A stretch of 58,970 bases of DNA, filler included, from Catajapyx aquilonaris (lineage: Eukaryota), in the NCBI GenBank assembly GCA_000934665.2. It is 2 parts of 2 records of this genome, joined end to end, with 100 filler letters (N's around TTAATTAATTAA, not from the genome) between each part and the next. Parts side by side here need not be neighbours in the genome. Positions count along the whole stretch, not along the records: positions 29,548 to 58,970 come from JYFJ02004797.1; 1 more part is not named here. One strand, given 5' to 3'. Of the stretch, positions 47,751-58,970 are shown piece by piece. A program made the position numbers and the translations under genes. Every line of letters starts with the position of its first letter. Position 1 is the first letter of the stretch. The notes beneath the pieces are model-generated. The model saw nothing but the letters and a program-made list of their open reading frames with translations, did not search any database and had not been told where the DNA came from.

Positions 47751-47864
47751 AATTCAACAATTTCCAAAAAGCAAAACTTGAATTTACCTAGCACCAAGCA
47801 CTGCAATACAGTATAACAATTTATTATGTACATAACATTTACATTGTATTGGGCGTTACAAGTA

Positions 47865-48188
47865 GTAGTAGTAGTAGTAGTAATAATAATAATAATAATA
47901 ATAATAATTTGTACCCCGTGCTAGAGCCATGGGCCCTCTTAGGGGGGTGGGATACCACCATATATATTTTTTTCTGGAACTCTTGCTTTCGTTTTTACTT
48001 CTCGTATATGGGGATGGGATAGGGAGGGAAGGAAGCGGCTGTGGCCTATAATTACGGACACGACCCCGAAATTTTCCTGGTGAGACCATGGAAAACCACG
48101 GTCAGGGTCGGCGGCCACCGGGATTCAAACCCAGGATCTCCCGATTAGCAGTCGGATACCATATCCCCTCCGCTACCACTGCTTCGTT
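47865..48188 (-). mobile_element. tRNA-derived SINE (family A)
   Basis: TSD CGTTACAAGTA, family A head and core on the minus strand. Confidence 0.85.
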
Positions 48189-48275
48189 CGTTACAAGTAA
48201 TGAAGACATTAAAGTATACATGAGGATGTGTAGAGGTGATATGCATATTTGCCATTTTATATCATGGGCGCTTAA

Positions 48276-49182
48276 CCCCATCGCTACCAGATCTAGGTGA
48301 TGTGATTCGTTTCTGTTCAACTTGCATGTACTCTGAAGATACAGACAAGATATTTGGTTTGGTTTAGTTTGGTTTATTCGGAAGAAGCCAAAGCAACTAT
48401 GGCTATCTGGCTGTAAGAAGAAGCTAAGGTGGGACAGATGGAGAGAGAAACGAAGAGGAAAGACTGGCATCTCTCTTAGTCTGTCTCCTACCCCAAAGAC
48501 CTGTCCGGCTTGGGTGGCCCTACCAGTAGACGAAGCTACCACCGGCATAGCTCTTGGGGTCACGGGAGAAACGCACAAAGATATTTGACAAATAATAACA
48601 GCTATACTTACACGTTCCTGCTGTACACCATGAATATGTTTGGAACAATTTCCCACTTCTAGAAGTAGCAAAATTAAATTCCAAGGGGATCGCCGTAACA
48701 ACTCGAAATGAAATTACTACCGGCCAACTGTTAGCTGATTTAATTATGAAATACATTAAAATATATGGAACAACAACCTAGAGAATCGTGCTATGACGAG
48801 TATGCTGATATCATCCTACTTTGCGAGAATTAAATTAATACTTACTGTGGCTTGCCGCTCTCTTCGGAAAACTAATCAATTGATTTAATTCTTGCAAATT
48901 ACGACTGTTTCAGCAGATTCATCATAGCACGATTCTCAAGGTTGTTGTATAATTTAACATATTTCATAATTAAATGAGCCTAACTGTTGTTATGGTGATA
49001 TTTTTGGAAATTAATTTTGGGACTTCTAGAAGTCGAAAAGGGTTCCAAACATATTCACAGTGCACAGCATGAACGTGTGAGTACAGCTGTTATTATTTGT
49101 AAAATATCTTGTCCATATCTTCAGGGTACGCAAAAGTTGAAACAGAAACGAATCTCATCGCCTAGATCTGGTAGCGAAGGGG
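48276..49182. mobile_element. piggyBac-type foldback MITE
   Basis: TTAA|CCCCATCGCTACCAGATCTAGG ... CCTAGATCTGGTAGCGAAGGGG|TTAA. Confidence 0.88.
48357..48577 (-). mobile_element. Short retroposon resembling an RTE-LINE 5' UTR joined to a 3' tail
   Basis: 10-bp TSD AAGATATTTG. The minus strand has GAGCTATGCCGG...TACTGGTAGGGCCACCCAAGCCGGACAGGTC and an (AAACC)-type tail. Confidence 0.65.
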
Positions 49183-49264
49183 TTAAGCATCCACACATTT
49201 TGGTATCTGCTGGGGGCCCCAGAACCAATCCCTTGCAGATGTGGAGGGCCGACTGTACGTGCTA

Positions 49265-50028
49265 CGAGGGCCATACTAAAATGATGTACAAATTTTCCTC
49301 CCACAAATACCGGGCCCTTGCAGGTTGGCAGATAGGCAAACATTATTGATAGAATCCACCTGGAGATGAATGCACTTGCGCCGTCAAACCTCTCCAGGAA
49401 CCACAGTTTGGAGGTGCGGCGCACCCATTCCCAGACAGCTGCTGGCAGTCAACAATGTACTCGAAGTGGCATTGGCGAAGGTTTTTTTTTCCATGGATTT
49501 GACTTTGGGTGGTTCCACACCCACCATTCTCCCCTGGCTTGGTCCCCAGTGACTTTCACGTGCTGTTCGGAGCCATGAAAAATCCCTTGGCGGATGCCAT
49601 TTTGTGGACATTGTTGACTATTATAGTCGAATGCAAATAAGAACGCAGACGACTGTGGAACCCGGAGTGCGCTGGATACAGTCCGGGAAATCGAAGGGGT
49701 TTTTAATGAAAAGGGAAATAAGGATCACACGAGGGGGTGTTTCATTTAAAAACCCTTCGATTTCCCAGACTGTATCCAGTGCACTCCGGGTTGCGCAGTC
49801 GTCTGCGTCCTTATTTGCATTCGACTATAGCAGTTGTTCGGGAGTGGGTGCGCCGCACCACCAAAAACGTGGTTCCTGGAGGGCCTGGAGAGGTTGACAC
49901 ACCCCTGCCACCAGTGTATTCGACTCCAGGAAGATTTTATCAATAATGTGTGGCTATCCACCGACCTGCATGGGCCCTGTACTTGTTGCAAAAAAAATAA
50001 ATTGTAAATCATTTTAGTACAGCCCTTG
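49265..50028. mobile_element. mariner-type foldback MITE (CGAGGGC ends), copy 1
   Basis: TA|CGAGGGCC ... GCCCTTG|TA. Homologous to 56543-57114. Confidence 0.82.
49624..49827. mobile_element. pogo/Tigger-like palindromic MITE nested in the mariner MITE
   Basis: TA|TAGTCGAATGCAAATAAG ... CTTATTTGCATTCGACTA|TA. Absent from the 56543 copy. Confidence 0.8.
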
Positions 50029-50684
50029 TATTTCTGGTCATTGAAAACTTGTACTTTTTTCCACTGATGTTAAGGCAAAAATGACAAAGTTATGTTGCTT
50101 TGAATGCCCCTTCAGCAAGTAGTGTCGTGTTACCCAATGAGATGTTTTCCGTAAAATGCTGTGTACATTTGTGCATTGATGTAACCAAACCAAATTCATA
50201 ACCATAACTGCCCTTGATGAAGGGAAACATTTTTTTTTCCCTTCAACTAAGCATTTCCAAAAATTCAAGGTGTTTTTTGTGACATCAGATTTGAGAACGC
50301 TGATCTAGATCTCCCCTCTCCACATAGGCATGTTCATGCACCCAGATTATACGGATTTAGAGATGTTGGTTGTAATTTTCTTTTTGCATGTTGACAAGGT
50401 GGGTTTTCAGACTTAAGTGAATTCTAGGACTGGGTATTTTCAGGTAACTGACTTCATCCCACGAGTCCCATTGGCACCTTGTGATAAGATCATTTTGGCC
50501 AGGCAAATTGAAGCAAAATGTCCTTATCACAATATTCATATGGGACAGCAGAATTGTGGAGCATTTTTTAAATTATATTTGAACCATGTGATCCGAGTCT
50601 ATTTATGAAATGTGTTTTAAAGTGACCTCAATTTTTTTCCTGTACTGTGTCCCACCAATAGCTTCATACTTTTCTATCTGGTAG

Positions 50685-50809
50685 GTCCTGTCGGGTGACT
50701 CGGTGACCATCCGAGACCATCCCAAGGGAGGTCCCCCTCCAGAAAAGCAACTGAGTTTGGCATCGATTGTTGCCCCCAAATTGGCGCGGAGACCTACTGG
50801 GGGTTCAAG
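50685..50809 (+). CDS. Tudor-SN: Tudor-SN coding exon 2 (VLSGDSVTIRDHPKGGPPPEKQLSLASIVAPKLARRPTGGS)
   Basis: ctggtag acceptor, AG|gtaatt donor. Confidence 0.93.
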
Positions 50810-51056
50810 GTAATTAACCTTAATTCTTAAAATTGTCAGTATTTAGGTACTAATTTTTGAAGTTAATGACAGATACCAAAAGAAATGCAGTCATTACTTG
50901 GCTATTGAAGCTTGCTGATCTTTGACAAGTTATTTTTTTCCTTATCTTATCTAAATGTAGGTTGCAAATTGTTTGATGTGGCCAATTTGTGCATGAGGAA
51001 CAAGACATATTAATCATGATTTTAAGAGATTTATAATTACAAAATTGTTTATATAG

Positions 51057-51202
51057 TGGTGAAGGAGTTCGCGATGAGCCATTTGCATGGGAGGCTCGAG
51101 AATTTCTCAGGAAGAAGCTGGTGGGTAAGGAAGTTGCTTTCACCATTGAAAACAAAGTTGGACCATCTGGACGAGCATATGGGTGCATCTATCTGGGAAG
51201 AG
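51057..51202 (+). CDS. Tudor-SN: Tudor-SN coding exon 3 ([26 protein letters not shown]...YGCIYLGR)
   Basis: tatatag acceptor, G|gtgtgt donor. Confidence 0.93.
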
Positions 51203-51372
51203 GTGTGTAGCAACTTGGTTCTGGTTGTAAACACAATCATAATTATCATTGTCTTCTGTTTTTATTTGGTCAGATTTTATTACTGGCATTTTAGAGCCCT
51301 GATTTTGCTATAGATTTGTACCTGAGTATGTGCTTCATTGGTGTGGATTCCCTTTCACGTCATTTATTTCAG

Positions 51373-51704
51373 ACACGACTGGTGAAAATGTGACGGAGTC
51401 GTTAGTAAGTGAGGGCCTTGTGACAGTTCGTCGAGAAGGGATCCGTGCTGATTCTGAGAAGTCTAAGCTAATTGACTTGGAGGAATCCAGCAAATCTGCT
51501 GGGAAGGGGAAATGGGCAACCTCTGGGGTGGAGGAGCATGTAAGAGACATCAAGTGGACTGTGGACCATCCCAGAGCCTTTGTGGACAAGCTGAGAGGGA
51601 AACCAGTCAAAGCTGTTATAGAGCATGTCAGAGATGGATCCACCATTCGAGCATTCCTGCTTCCAGACTTCCAGTATGTCACCATCATGATATCCGGAAT
51701 TCGG
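51373..51704 (+). CDS. Tudor-SN: Tudor-SN coding exon 4 (TTGENVTESLVSEGL...AVIEHVRDGSTIRAFLLPDF...SGIR)
   Basis: atttcag acceptor, CGG|gtaaga donor. Confidence 0.95.
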
Positions 51705-51723
51705 GTAAGACATTGTTATTGGC

Positions 51724-52027
51724 CAGCCCCCAGACACTTCTATCCCAGCCCAATAGAAAAGCTGTGCCGTTATCTCTTCCCACTCAGGCGCTAGTGTATT
51801 CCACTGGAATACTACTCGCTGCATCATAACAACTGGCTACCCTGACGGTACAAACTCTGCATTAACACATGCTACCGATAGAGCTACACCAAGATGACTG
51901 CCGGATGCACCCAGCGAGTAGTATTCCACACCGTGATTTCATTGCAAATATACTAGCGCCAATGTGGGAAGGGTTAACGGCACGCAAGATGGCAGCGAGT
52001 GTCCCGACCAGATCTTCTAAGACCGTG
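51724..52027. mobile_element. ~300-bp element with asymmetric ends and 8-bp TSD (copy 2)
   Basis: TSD TTATTGGC/TTATTGTC, ends CAGCCCC...GACCGTG, homologous to 2027-2324. Confidence 0.8.
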
Positions 52028-53187
52028 TTATTGTCTCTGATATTCTAAATGTCCTTACTCAGCGCATACACGCAACCCTTTTTTCTTGTCATACGTAAAA
52101 GTTGATGAGATATTTTAATCTTATGAAACCGTATAGTATTAATCATTTATCTTGACTGCTCCACTTGCAAACCTCTGGAGCACATGGGTGCATTAATATG
52201 AGGATCTTATTTCTATTATCCACATTAATTTTTTTTAAAGAATGGCATTGTCTTAAGATTGTAAACAAAGATTTTGCTGGTAACATAGTCACATAATCAT
52301 AAGAATGGATGAGTCAATGACTCTTTTATCCTCATGGAATGCAGATATTACATTGTGCAAGGGTATAAGAGGGTGACTGCTTTGTTGGGATTGGTGTATT
52401 CTTACCCTGGATAAGAGGTGGGTGCTACCTTAGGCTTAGGCCTGTTCGGTTTCTTTTTTAAATATTGGAGCCTAATAACTCGTAGAATTACTGCCATTTG
52501 AAGTACAGCTATGCGAGTGGGCCAACAGAGGAGAACCACAATTTGAGAAATCCAACTTCTAAGCTGATTCCTACAAGCAGACGTATTGGGTGACTTGGAT
52601 AAGTTCAAAGTCGCTACTTATAATTATATCCTCTGGTAGGTCAAAAAAAAAAAAAAACGATGGTTAATGGCAATTTATTCAATCCTGTGCATCAGATCTG
52701 TATCAAAAATACATTCAAATGTCATCTTGGGGAACACCTTTCCAAAGTAAGTATATTGGTCACTATTGAGGCCTTTGCATGTTGAGCAGCCATGATTCCA
52801 GGTTGGAAAAGCCAAGTAGATGCCCTGTACAGAAAGGTGTTGTACAAGGTTCTTGACATGGCAAAATAGCATTTTCAAATATTTTGTACTTGACTAACCT
52901 TCCTCTCTGAAGCGTCTCTAAACCTAAGTTTTCCAACCTGAAATTTTGGCTGCTAATAACATGCACAAGCCTCAGTAGTTGCGACATGAAATGCCCAAAA
53001 TTCTATTTACTTGGGATACATTCTCCAGGCTGGTATTTAAATGTAATATTGACACATGTCGTGTATATGGGATTAAAATATGTTGAATCCGGGTTTTTTT
53101 CTAGAGTACATTGGTGGTTTATTGAATTGAAATGTAAAGAGTTAAATTATTCAAGTTACTTGTCAGTTTTAGGCTAGGAGTAGAAGC

Positions 53188-53266
53188 TGTTGTGTCTGCT
53201 GACTTGGAGGATGGGGTTGTAATAATTATTATTACAACCCCATCCTCCAAGTCAGCAGACACAACA
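53188..53266. repeat. Perfect 79-bp palindrome (39-bp arms, 1-nt centre)
   Basis: TGTTGTGTCTGCTGACTTGGAGGATGGGGTTGTAATAAT t ATTATTACAACCCCATCCTCCAAGTCAGCAGACACAACA. Confidence 0.95.
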
Positions 53267-53385
53267 TTCCATGTGTGAATGACTGTGTATGAAAGTATTG
53301 TTTGAACTTTCCATTTCTATTGCTCCTTTGATCAGTCAAATATATTTTTAAATGGTATTTTAAATGATATGAGATTGACATACAG

Positions 53386-54285
53386 GGAGTGGATTCACAA
53401 AGGGGTGCAAATAAGATACGGGGCACAAGTTCAGTTCAATTACACGCTACAGGAGGGGTGGCGCTGCGAGTTGGATTCACAAAGGGGCGCAACTACAACC
53501 ACGCGAAGTTAAGCCGATTCCTACACCTGGTCAGGAGGAGGTGTAAGTGGGAGAAGTGACATGGCTGACGACTGGGTCCTTTTCGGGCCCGGAGTGAGAA
53601 GTCAAAGATAAGCCTCACCTTTCTCTCGATAATCCAGGATCGCATGTGGACCCTCCCATTACATGCCAGCCCTGGGTAGGCCTATCACGGAGTAAAATCC
53701 AGACGGCGAGGGGTCAATCACTCGTCAAGACAGTTGTACTGCAAGCACCAAGTCCGGCTTTTTGTAAGTCCGTTGTACGCTCAACTTCCGAGTGATTTAC
53801 CCCTCGGCAGACGAAGCAACAGTTTCAGCCGTCTTTGCCTGACTGCCACCGATTGCTTTGGTAGCTCAGGTAAGGAGTGGGAATAGGGGAATGTGTGGTC
53901 AATCCAAGTCCGGGTTGCCCCCAGACCGCCCCAGACAATTCAGCGATAGCTTAAGCCATAACCAGGATGTACCCTTGACTAGGCGTCTAGCGCCATCCCT
54001 AAATAAACTATTTGGTCAGTCACCCACCAGCTCGATTCTTATTCACACACGAAACTATCATATTTCAGCCCTTCCTCTAGTTTGGCTCTAGGGTGTGTTC
54101 TGGTGGCCGTCCCCAACACAGCCAATAGCAAGCTCCATGACTTTTACACTTGTGCCCTGCTTACACCGAGTGCTGAGACACTTTGTGAAGCACTTTACAC
54201 CTCTGGAGATACGCCGCTTAAATTAGGTGTAAGTGCCACGTAAAGTTACATGCCGTGTAGGTTGTGCTCTTTGTGAATCCACTCC
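53386..54285. mobile_element. PIF/Harbinger-type non-autonomous element
   Basis: CAG|GGAGTGGATTCACAAAG ... CTTTGTGAATCCACTCC|CAG, a 3-bp CWG TSD. Confidence 0.75.
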
Positions 54286-54384
54286 CAGGGGTGGTTGCTT
54301 CTCAATCCGTGAGGCTGAAGATTTGCTTCTGATAATGTCACAGCATTATTTTTTTTCTTGATTTTGAATTTTTTGTTGTTGCAG

Positions 54385-54552
54385 TGCCCAGGATTTAAGC
54401 TCGACTCAGAAGGAAAGCCTGATCCAACCTTGGCAGAGAATTTTGCCGATGAAGCTCGCTTTTTCACTGAAAGCAGGTTGCTGCAGCGAGATGTTGAAAT
54501 AGTACTTGAGTCAGTCAACAATGCCAACTTTGTGGGGAGTGTCATCCATCCT
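54385..54552 (+). CDS. Tudor-SN: Tudor-SN coding exon 5 (CPGFKLDSEGKPD...ESRLLQRDVEIVLESVNNANFVGSVIHP)
   Basis: gttgcag acceptor, CCT|gtaagt donor. Confidence 0.95.
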
Positions 54553-54593
54553 GTAAGTTGTATTCAGATTGGTAATTTTTTTAAATGTAATCT

Positions 54594-54832
54594 CAGGGGT
54601 CGAATTTAAAATTTTTTGTCCAGATGCAAAGTTTGCACTCCAGACTTTAATAGTTTAATCTGGAGTGCAAATCGCTTACTTGGAGTGCGTAATTTTTTAT
54701 TACTGGGTATAGCCATGTTTAAAAGCAGAGCCAATTGGAGTGCAAACTTTGTGTCCTAAGGCTCAGTTTGGAGTGGAGATGACACTTTTGGAGTGCAAAT
54801 TGCACCTTTGCAGCCTAATATTTTGACCCCTA
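54594..54832. mobile_element. hAT-like MITE with GGAGTGC subterminal repeats
   Basis: CAGGGGTCGAA ... TTGACCCCT, with TAATCT repeated on both flanks. Confidence 0.55.
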
Positions 54833-55229
54833 TAATCTAGACTGCATGGTAAATACTATTTTGCTCAATTTTAGATTTTTCATCCCTCAGTCTTTGTTGC
54901 TGTTATAAGTCCATATCCTTGTTCTTCTCACTCGATAATGTATTGCTCATCACTCTTTTGGACAATTTTGCTATTGATATCCCTACCATTTTGGTGTCAT
55001 TCTGTCGATCTTAAGGAGGTAGCCAGGTATTACCTGGTCACAGCTGGCTACCTGGAATTAAGCCGTGATGTAATGGATGTATGTATGATATCCCTAGAAA
55101 ATAAAAATACTCAGAAAGGAAAACGGAAGTACAAAAAATAAAATTTCCCAAATTATTTTGTTTGGAGGGGAATTTGCTCGTGAGCTGTATTGCAACCCAT
55201 GACTGTTACATTTTTACTTGTAATTCCAG

Positions 55230-55394
55230 AAAGGCAACATTGCGGAAGCACTCTTGATGGAAGGATTTGCTCGCTGTGTAGACTGGTCCATGGCATTTGT
55301 CACTGGTGGCCCCGAGAAGTTGAGGAATGCAGAGAAGGGGGCCAAGGAAAGGAGAATGAGGTTATGGAAAAACTACGTGCCATCTGCTCCACAG
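55230..55394 (+). CDS. Tudor-SN: Tudor-SN coding exon 6 ([24 protein letters not shown]...[11 protein letters not shown])
   Basis: attccag acceptor, CAG|gtaaga donor. Confidence 0.95.
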
Positions 55395-56214
55395 GTAAGA
55401 ACGAAGCTAATTCGGTTGAAAATTGCTATTATATTTTGAATATTTGGACGAGTGGAGTATTTCATAAGCTTCCATTACAATTGCATTCATAATTCAACCT
55501 ATTGGTTCTGAAGTAAACTTGAATAGCTGCAGATAGAGAAACTCTTGGAATTACATAATTAATAGGAAGGATTTTGCAAGAAACAAATCTCTTTCTGCAT
55601 TTTTCATTTCTACTCTGCTGAAATTGTGGAAGGGATCTACATTCCCCTCTCACATACTAGACAGGGTGTCCCAAGAACTGGGGTCATTTTATTTCGCAGA
55701 ACTTTCATCCGAAGCTCTTATTTTTGTGTAGCTTTTTTGTGTCCTGATAGTGATAAACTGCATCCAATATCACCAGCTCCTGAATCAAAAATTTGTTTCG
55801 TAAGTCGGGGACTGGCTGTATTTAGGTTCTTCCATTTCTCGTTTGTGGGGAGTTCTCTCTCTGGCTTCATTTAAAGTGGAATTAATTTATATCATACTCT
55901 TGACCCAGCCAAAGAAACACACTGATGGCTAAAATAAAATTTTACTTGCACCTTCCCTTCTCCCAATCACCTCTCGATCATGGAGCCCAGTCTTTTCTAG
56001 AGTTTTTTATGAATGAACCCCTCAAAGAGTAAATAATAATCATTGCCTGCCAGCAATGAGCTACCTGATTAGGATTATAATTGTCTTGTTTCTCTAATTT
56101 GAGCAGAAACAACATTGATCATTAACATTTAATTTTTGTTAATATTCATAGCATGTGATGATGCACACGCATGGTAATATTTAATAATCTAACTTGGGTT
56201 TTTTTTTACTGCAG

Positions 56215-56339
56215 ATATCTAGTAAAGAAAAAGAATTTTCTGGAAAAGTTGTAGAGGTGGGCAATGGAGACGGACTTGTTCTGAAATTGGCTGACGGTTC
56301 TGTGAAGAAGGTGTTCCTGGCCAGCATAAGGCCACCCAG
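56215..56339 (+). CDS. Tudor-SN: Tudor-SN coding exon 7 (ISSKEKEFSGKVVEVGNGDGLVLKLADGSVKKVFLASIRPP)
   Basis: tactgcag acceptor, AG|gtaaat donor. Confidence 0.93.
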
Positions 56340-56542
56340 GTAAATTTTGATTTGTTATATTTTAAAATCAAGGCATAAGACAGGGTGGTATTGGTTTTAC
56401 ATTTGTAGCAACAAGAGAGTTGCATTGGTGAATCTAGGTTTCAAGATAAGATTAATAGGTGCAAATAACTGGGGGGATCAGGAATGGACAGCAAGTATAC
56501 ATTTGTTGCACTTGTAAGGCCCAACAGTCCTAAATCCATATA

Positions 56543-57114
56543 CGAGGGCGGAGGGCCGTTCCAAAATGATTCAATTTATTTTTTTGCCAAAAATACAGGG
56601 CCCAATGCAGATGGGGAGATTGGCACAAATTATCGGTAGAATCCTCCTGGAGCCGAATAAACAGGAGTCATGCATGGGTGTGTCAACCTGTCAAGTCCCT
56701 CCAGGAACCACTTTTTGGAGGTGCAGCATACCCACTCCCAGACAACTGCTTACAGTCAACAGTGTACTTGAAATGGCATCAGTGGAGGGGTTTTTTCATG
56801 GATCCAAACAGGTGAAAGTCACTGGGGGCCAGCTAAGGGGAGTATGACGGATGTGGAAGCATCCAAAGCCGGATCCATGGAAAAAACCCTTCACAGACTC
56901 CATTTCGAGAACATTGTTAGCTGTAAGCAGTTGTCCAGGAATGGGTATGCCGTATCTCCAAAAAGTGGTTCCTGGAGGGCCTGGAGAGGTTGACACACCC
57001 TGTGCATTCGGCTCCAGGAGGATTCTATCGATAATGTGTGTCAATCTTCCCACCTGCATGGGCCCTCTATTTTTGGTGAAAAGTAAATCATAAATCATTT
57101 TCGAATGGCCCTCA
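56543..57114. mobile_element. mariner-type foldback MITE (CGAGGGC ends), copy 2
   Basis: TA|CGAGGGC ... GGCCCTCA|TA, with inverted arms homologous to 49265-50028. Confidence 0.82.
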
Positions 57115-57931
57115 TAAAAGGGAGTGAAAAAACTGTCATGTTAAATATGAATTGTTAGTGTTCTTCATTGCTTAAGTACATCATGCACTGGCCATGCACT
57201 TAGTTTGGATTCAGTGAGAGGAGCACATTGCACCCAATATATTCAAATGATCATTTCTGCATTCATAATGACCCTTTCTCTCTTACAAGAAGGAAATCAC
57301 TAGTGTGAAAATTAGTAAAAATCTTTTGTGAAGATAAGGCTAACCATAGCAACGAACTAAGCCCAGAGGTAGAGAAGCAGTGTATCGCACATTCCATGAC
57401 CTCTTGCTTGATCTTCAGCCTGACACAATGTCCCTTTTTCAACGCCAAATGACCACCACTGAACGGACAGTTGAAAAATAGCAGAAACTACTTTTTGGGG
57501 GGACTGGCAGTGTAATGGCATATATTGTACTAAATTGTTGAACAAATTCTTACAGTGGCTTTTAAAAATGGAATTAATTATCCAAAATTGCATAATGATT
57601 ATGTGGTGTCTTGAATTGGTTTTGTTGAGTAATTGCACCTTTACTAATAGTCGTTACGATAATGGCATCTGCATGGTTTCTGAGAAAAGGGATGAACATA
57701 GTAGTAGTAGTAGTAGATGAAGTGTGAATTGGCAGTGTGGCAGATGCTTTGCATTTGTAATTGTCAAGGACATTGCACTGGCCTTTCTTGTGTGGAGTTG
57801 TGTGTTGTGACATTCCTACACTTTGAAGAAAGTGTAACACAATCATACTCGTGGAAAAGGGAGATTAGAACCACCAAATGCCAAATTTTTAAAAATCCAA
57901 AATTCCACATCTTTTTCTGTGGCCTCTAATA

Positions 57932-58811
57932 CACAGAGCGTTCAATTATGACCAGTAATTTGAATCGCACACACAAAGACGAATACAGAGAAGCTGTTCC
58001 CATCAGGTGATGCTCCAGAATGTGTACTACCTTCAATCCATTATTGAGCTTTGAGCATGCAGTTCAGTAGAAGTGGGACTAATGACCAGCAGAGGTTCAT
58101 CCACGTGTGGAACAATGCATTTTCATAATATTTCTGGCCAGGAAAGGAGTGAAGCTGTTGGAAATTTGCACCAGATGTAAGGCACAGTATGGGGAAGCCA
58201 CGTTGTCAGACAAAAGAATTTACACCTGATGTAAAGACTTCGAAGAGGCGCGAGAGCGAACCACATCAAGAACATAGACAACGGCCGACAACACTGCTCG
58301 AGTTTATGGGCTCATTCATGATTATCAACGGATTACTGTAAGGGATATTGCCTCCATTATGGACATTAGTATTGGTAGTGAGAACACCATCATCAAAGAA
58401 GCACTGAAATATGTGAAAAATGCCCGAGTTCCATCCTCATCCTGCAAGACAATGCACATCCATATGTCGCTGTCCACACTATGGCGACGATACAAAAGCT
58501 GCAGTGTGTTGTTCTGCCACCATCCTCCTTAACAGTCCTGATCTCGCCCCATTGGACTTGTATCTCTTTGGATCTCTGAAAGCTTTTTTGGAAGGAAGGA
58601 TGTTCTCTAGTAATGAGGAGGTCAGCGAAGTTGTTCCAGAGTCTTCAGACTAAAGAATGTTTTTCACGTGGAATTGAAAAGCTACTGGAACAATGGCACT
58701 GGTGCATTGCAAAGGAAGAGGACTAGGCTGAATGATGATGTGACCAGCATAAATGAGTATCTTTTTGCGTCTGTAATTAGCAAATTACTGGTCATATTTG
58801 AGTGGTCCTTG
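57932..58811 (+). mobile_element. Decayed mariner (DD34D-type) transposon with transposase pseudogene
   Basis: Inverted ends TCAATTATGACCAGTAATTTG / CAAATTACTGGTCATATTTGA. Remnants read KAQYGEATLS, RITVRDIASIMDISIGS, QDNAHP, SPDLAPLDLYLFGSLK and GIEKLLEQW, with stops, frameshifts and a central deletion. Confidence 0.88.
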
Positions 58812-58970
58812 CGGATTGAATGTGGTGTCAAATTTCATTGCATTACATATTATAAATTTGCTGAGAAACATGTGAACTTACAAGCACAGTAGATAGTGAT
58901 GCTAGTCCAGGGCCCTCATGCCACATTGCAGTAAGAGTTTTTACTGACAAGTTTGATTCCACTTGATTTG

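Larger units (their letters stand above)
45448..56339 (+). other. Tudor-SN: Tudor-SN / SND1 gene span (5' part; SN1, SN2 and start of SN3)
   Basis: Seven phase-consistent exons give [81 protein letters not shown] and KVFLASIRPP. Confidence 0.95.

Noticed and set aside
48102..48701. 199-aa minus-strand ORF
   Set aside because: It runs across a piggyBac MITE, a retroposon and a SINE, so it is a chance open frame.

Overview
Eukaryotic genomic DNA, most likely an insect, that is intron-rich and very rich in transposons. It is two unrelated sequence pieces joined by an artificial 100-nt linker (44 N + TTAATTAATTAA + 44 N, 29448-29547). The left piece holds 14 phase-consistent internal coding exons of unc-80, a NALCN channel subunit, on the + strand (4658-27612). 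These include a GC-AG intron and a 27-nt frame-preserving microexon, and the gene is incomplete at both ends. The right piece holds the last two coding exons of a multi-C2H2 zinc-finger gene (31911-38275) and the first seven coding exons of Tudor-SN/SND1 (45448-56339), both on the + strand. Introns and intergenic DNA are packed with non-autonomous DNA transposons with diagnosable ends and target-site duplications (Tc1/mariner, hAT, Kolobok, piggyBac, Harbinger, CACTA-like, Transib-like, Sola-like, and a TIR-less 8-bp-TSD family). There are also decayed transposase fragments, several tRNA-derived SINE families that share and swap modules (one has a V-domain-like core), and short perfect palindromes with no transposon ends. 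Almost all ORFs in the six-frame track are spurious. No CRISPR, rRNA or intact tRNA gene was found, and no clearly new enzymatic system. Family assignments are by eye and memory, not database searches.
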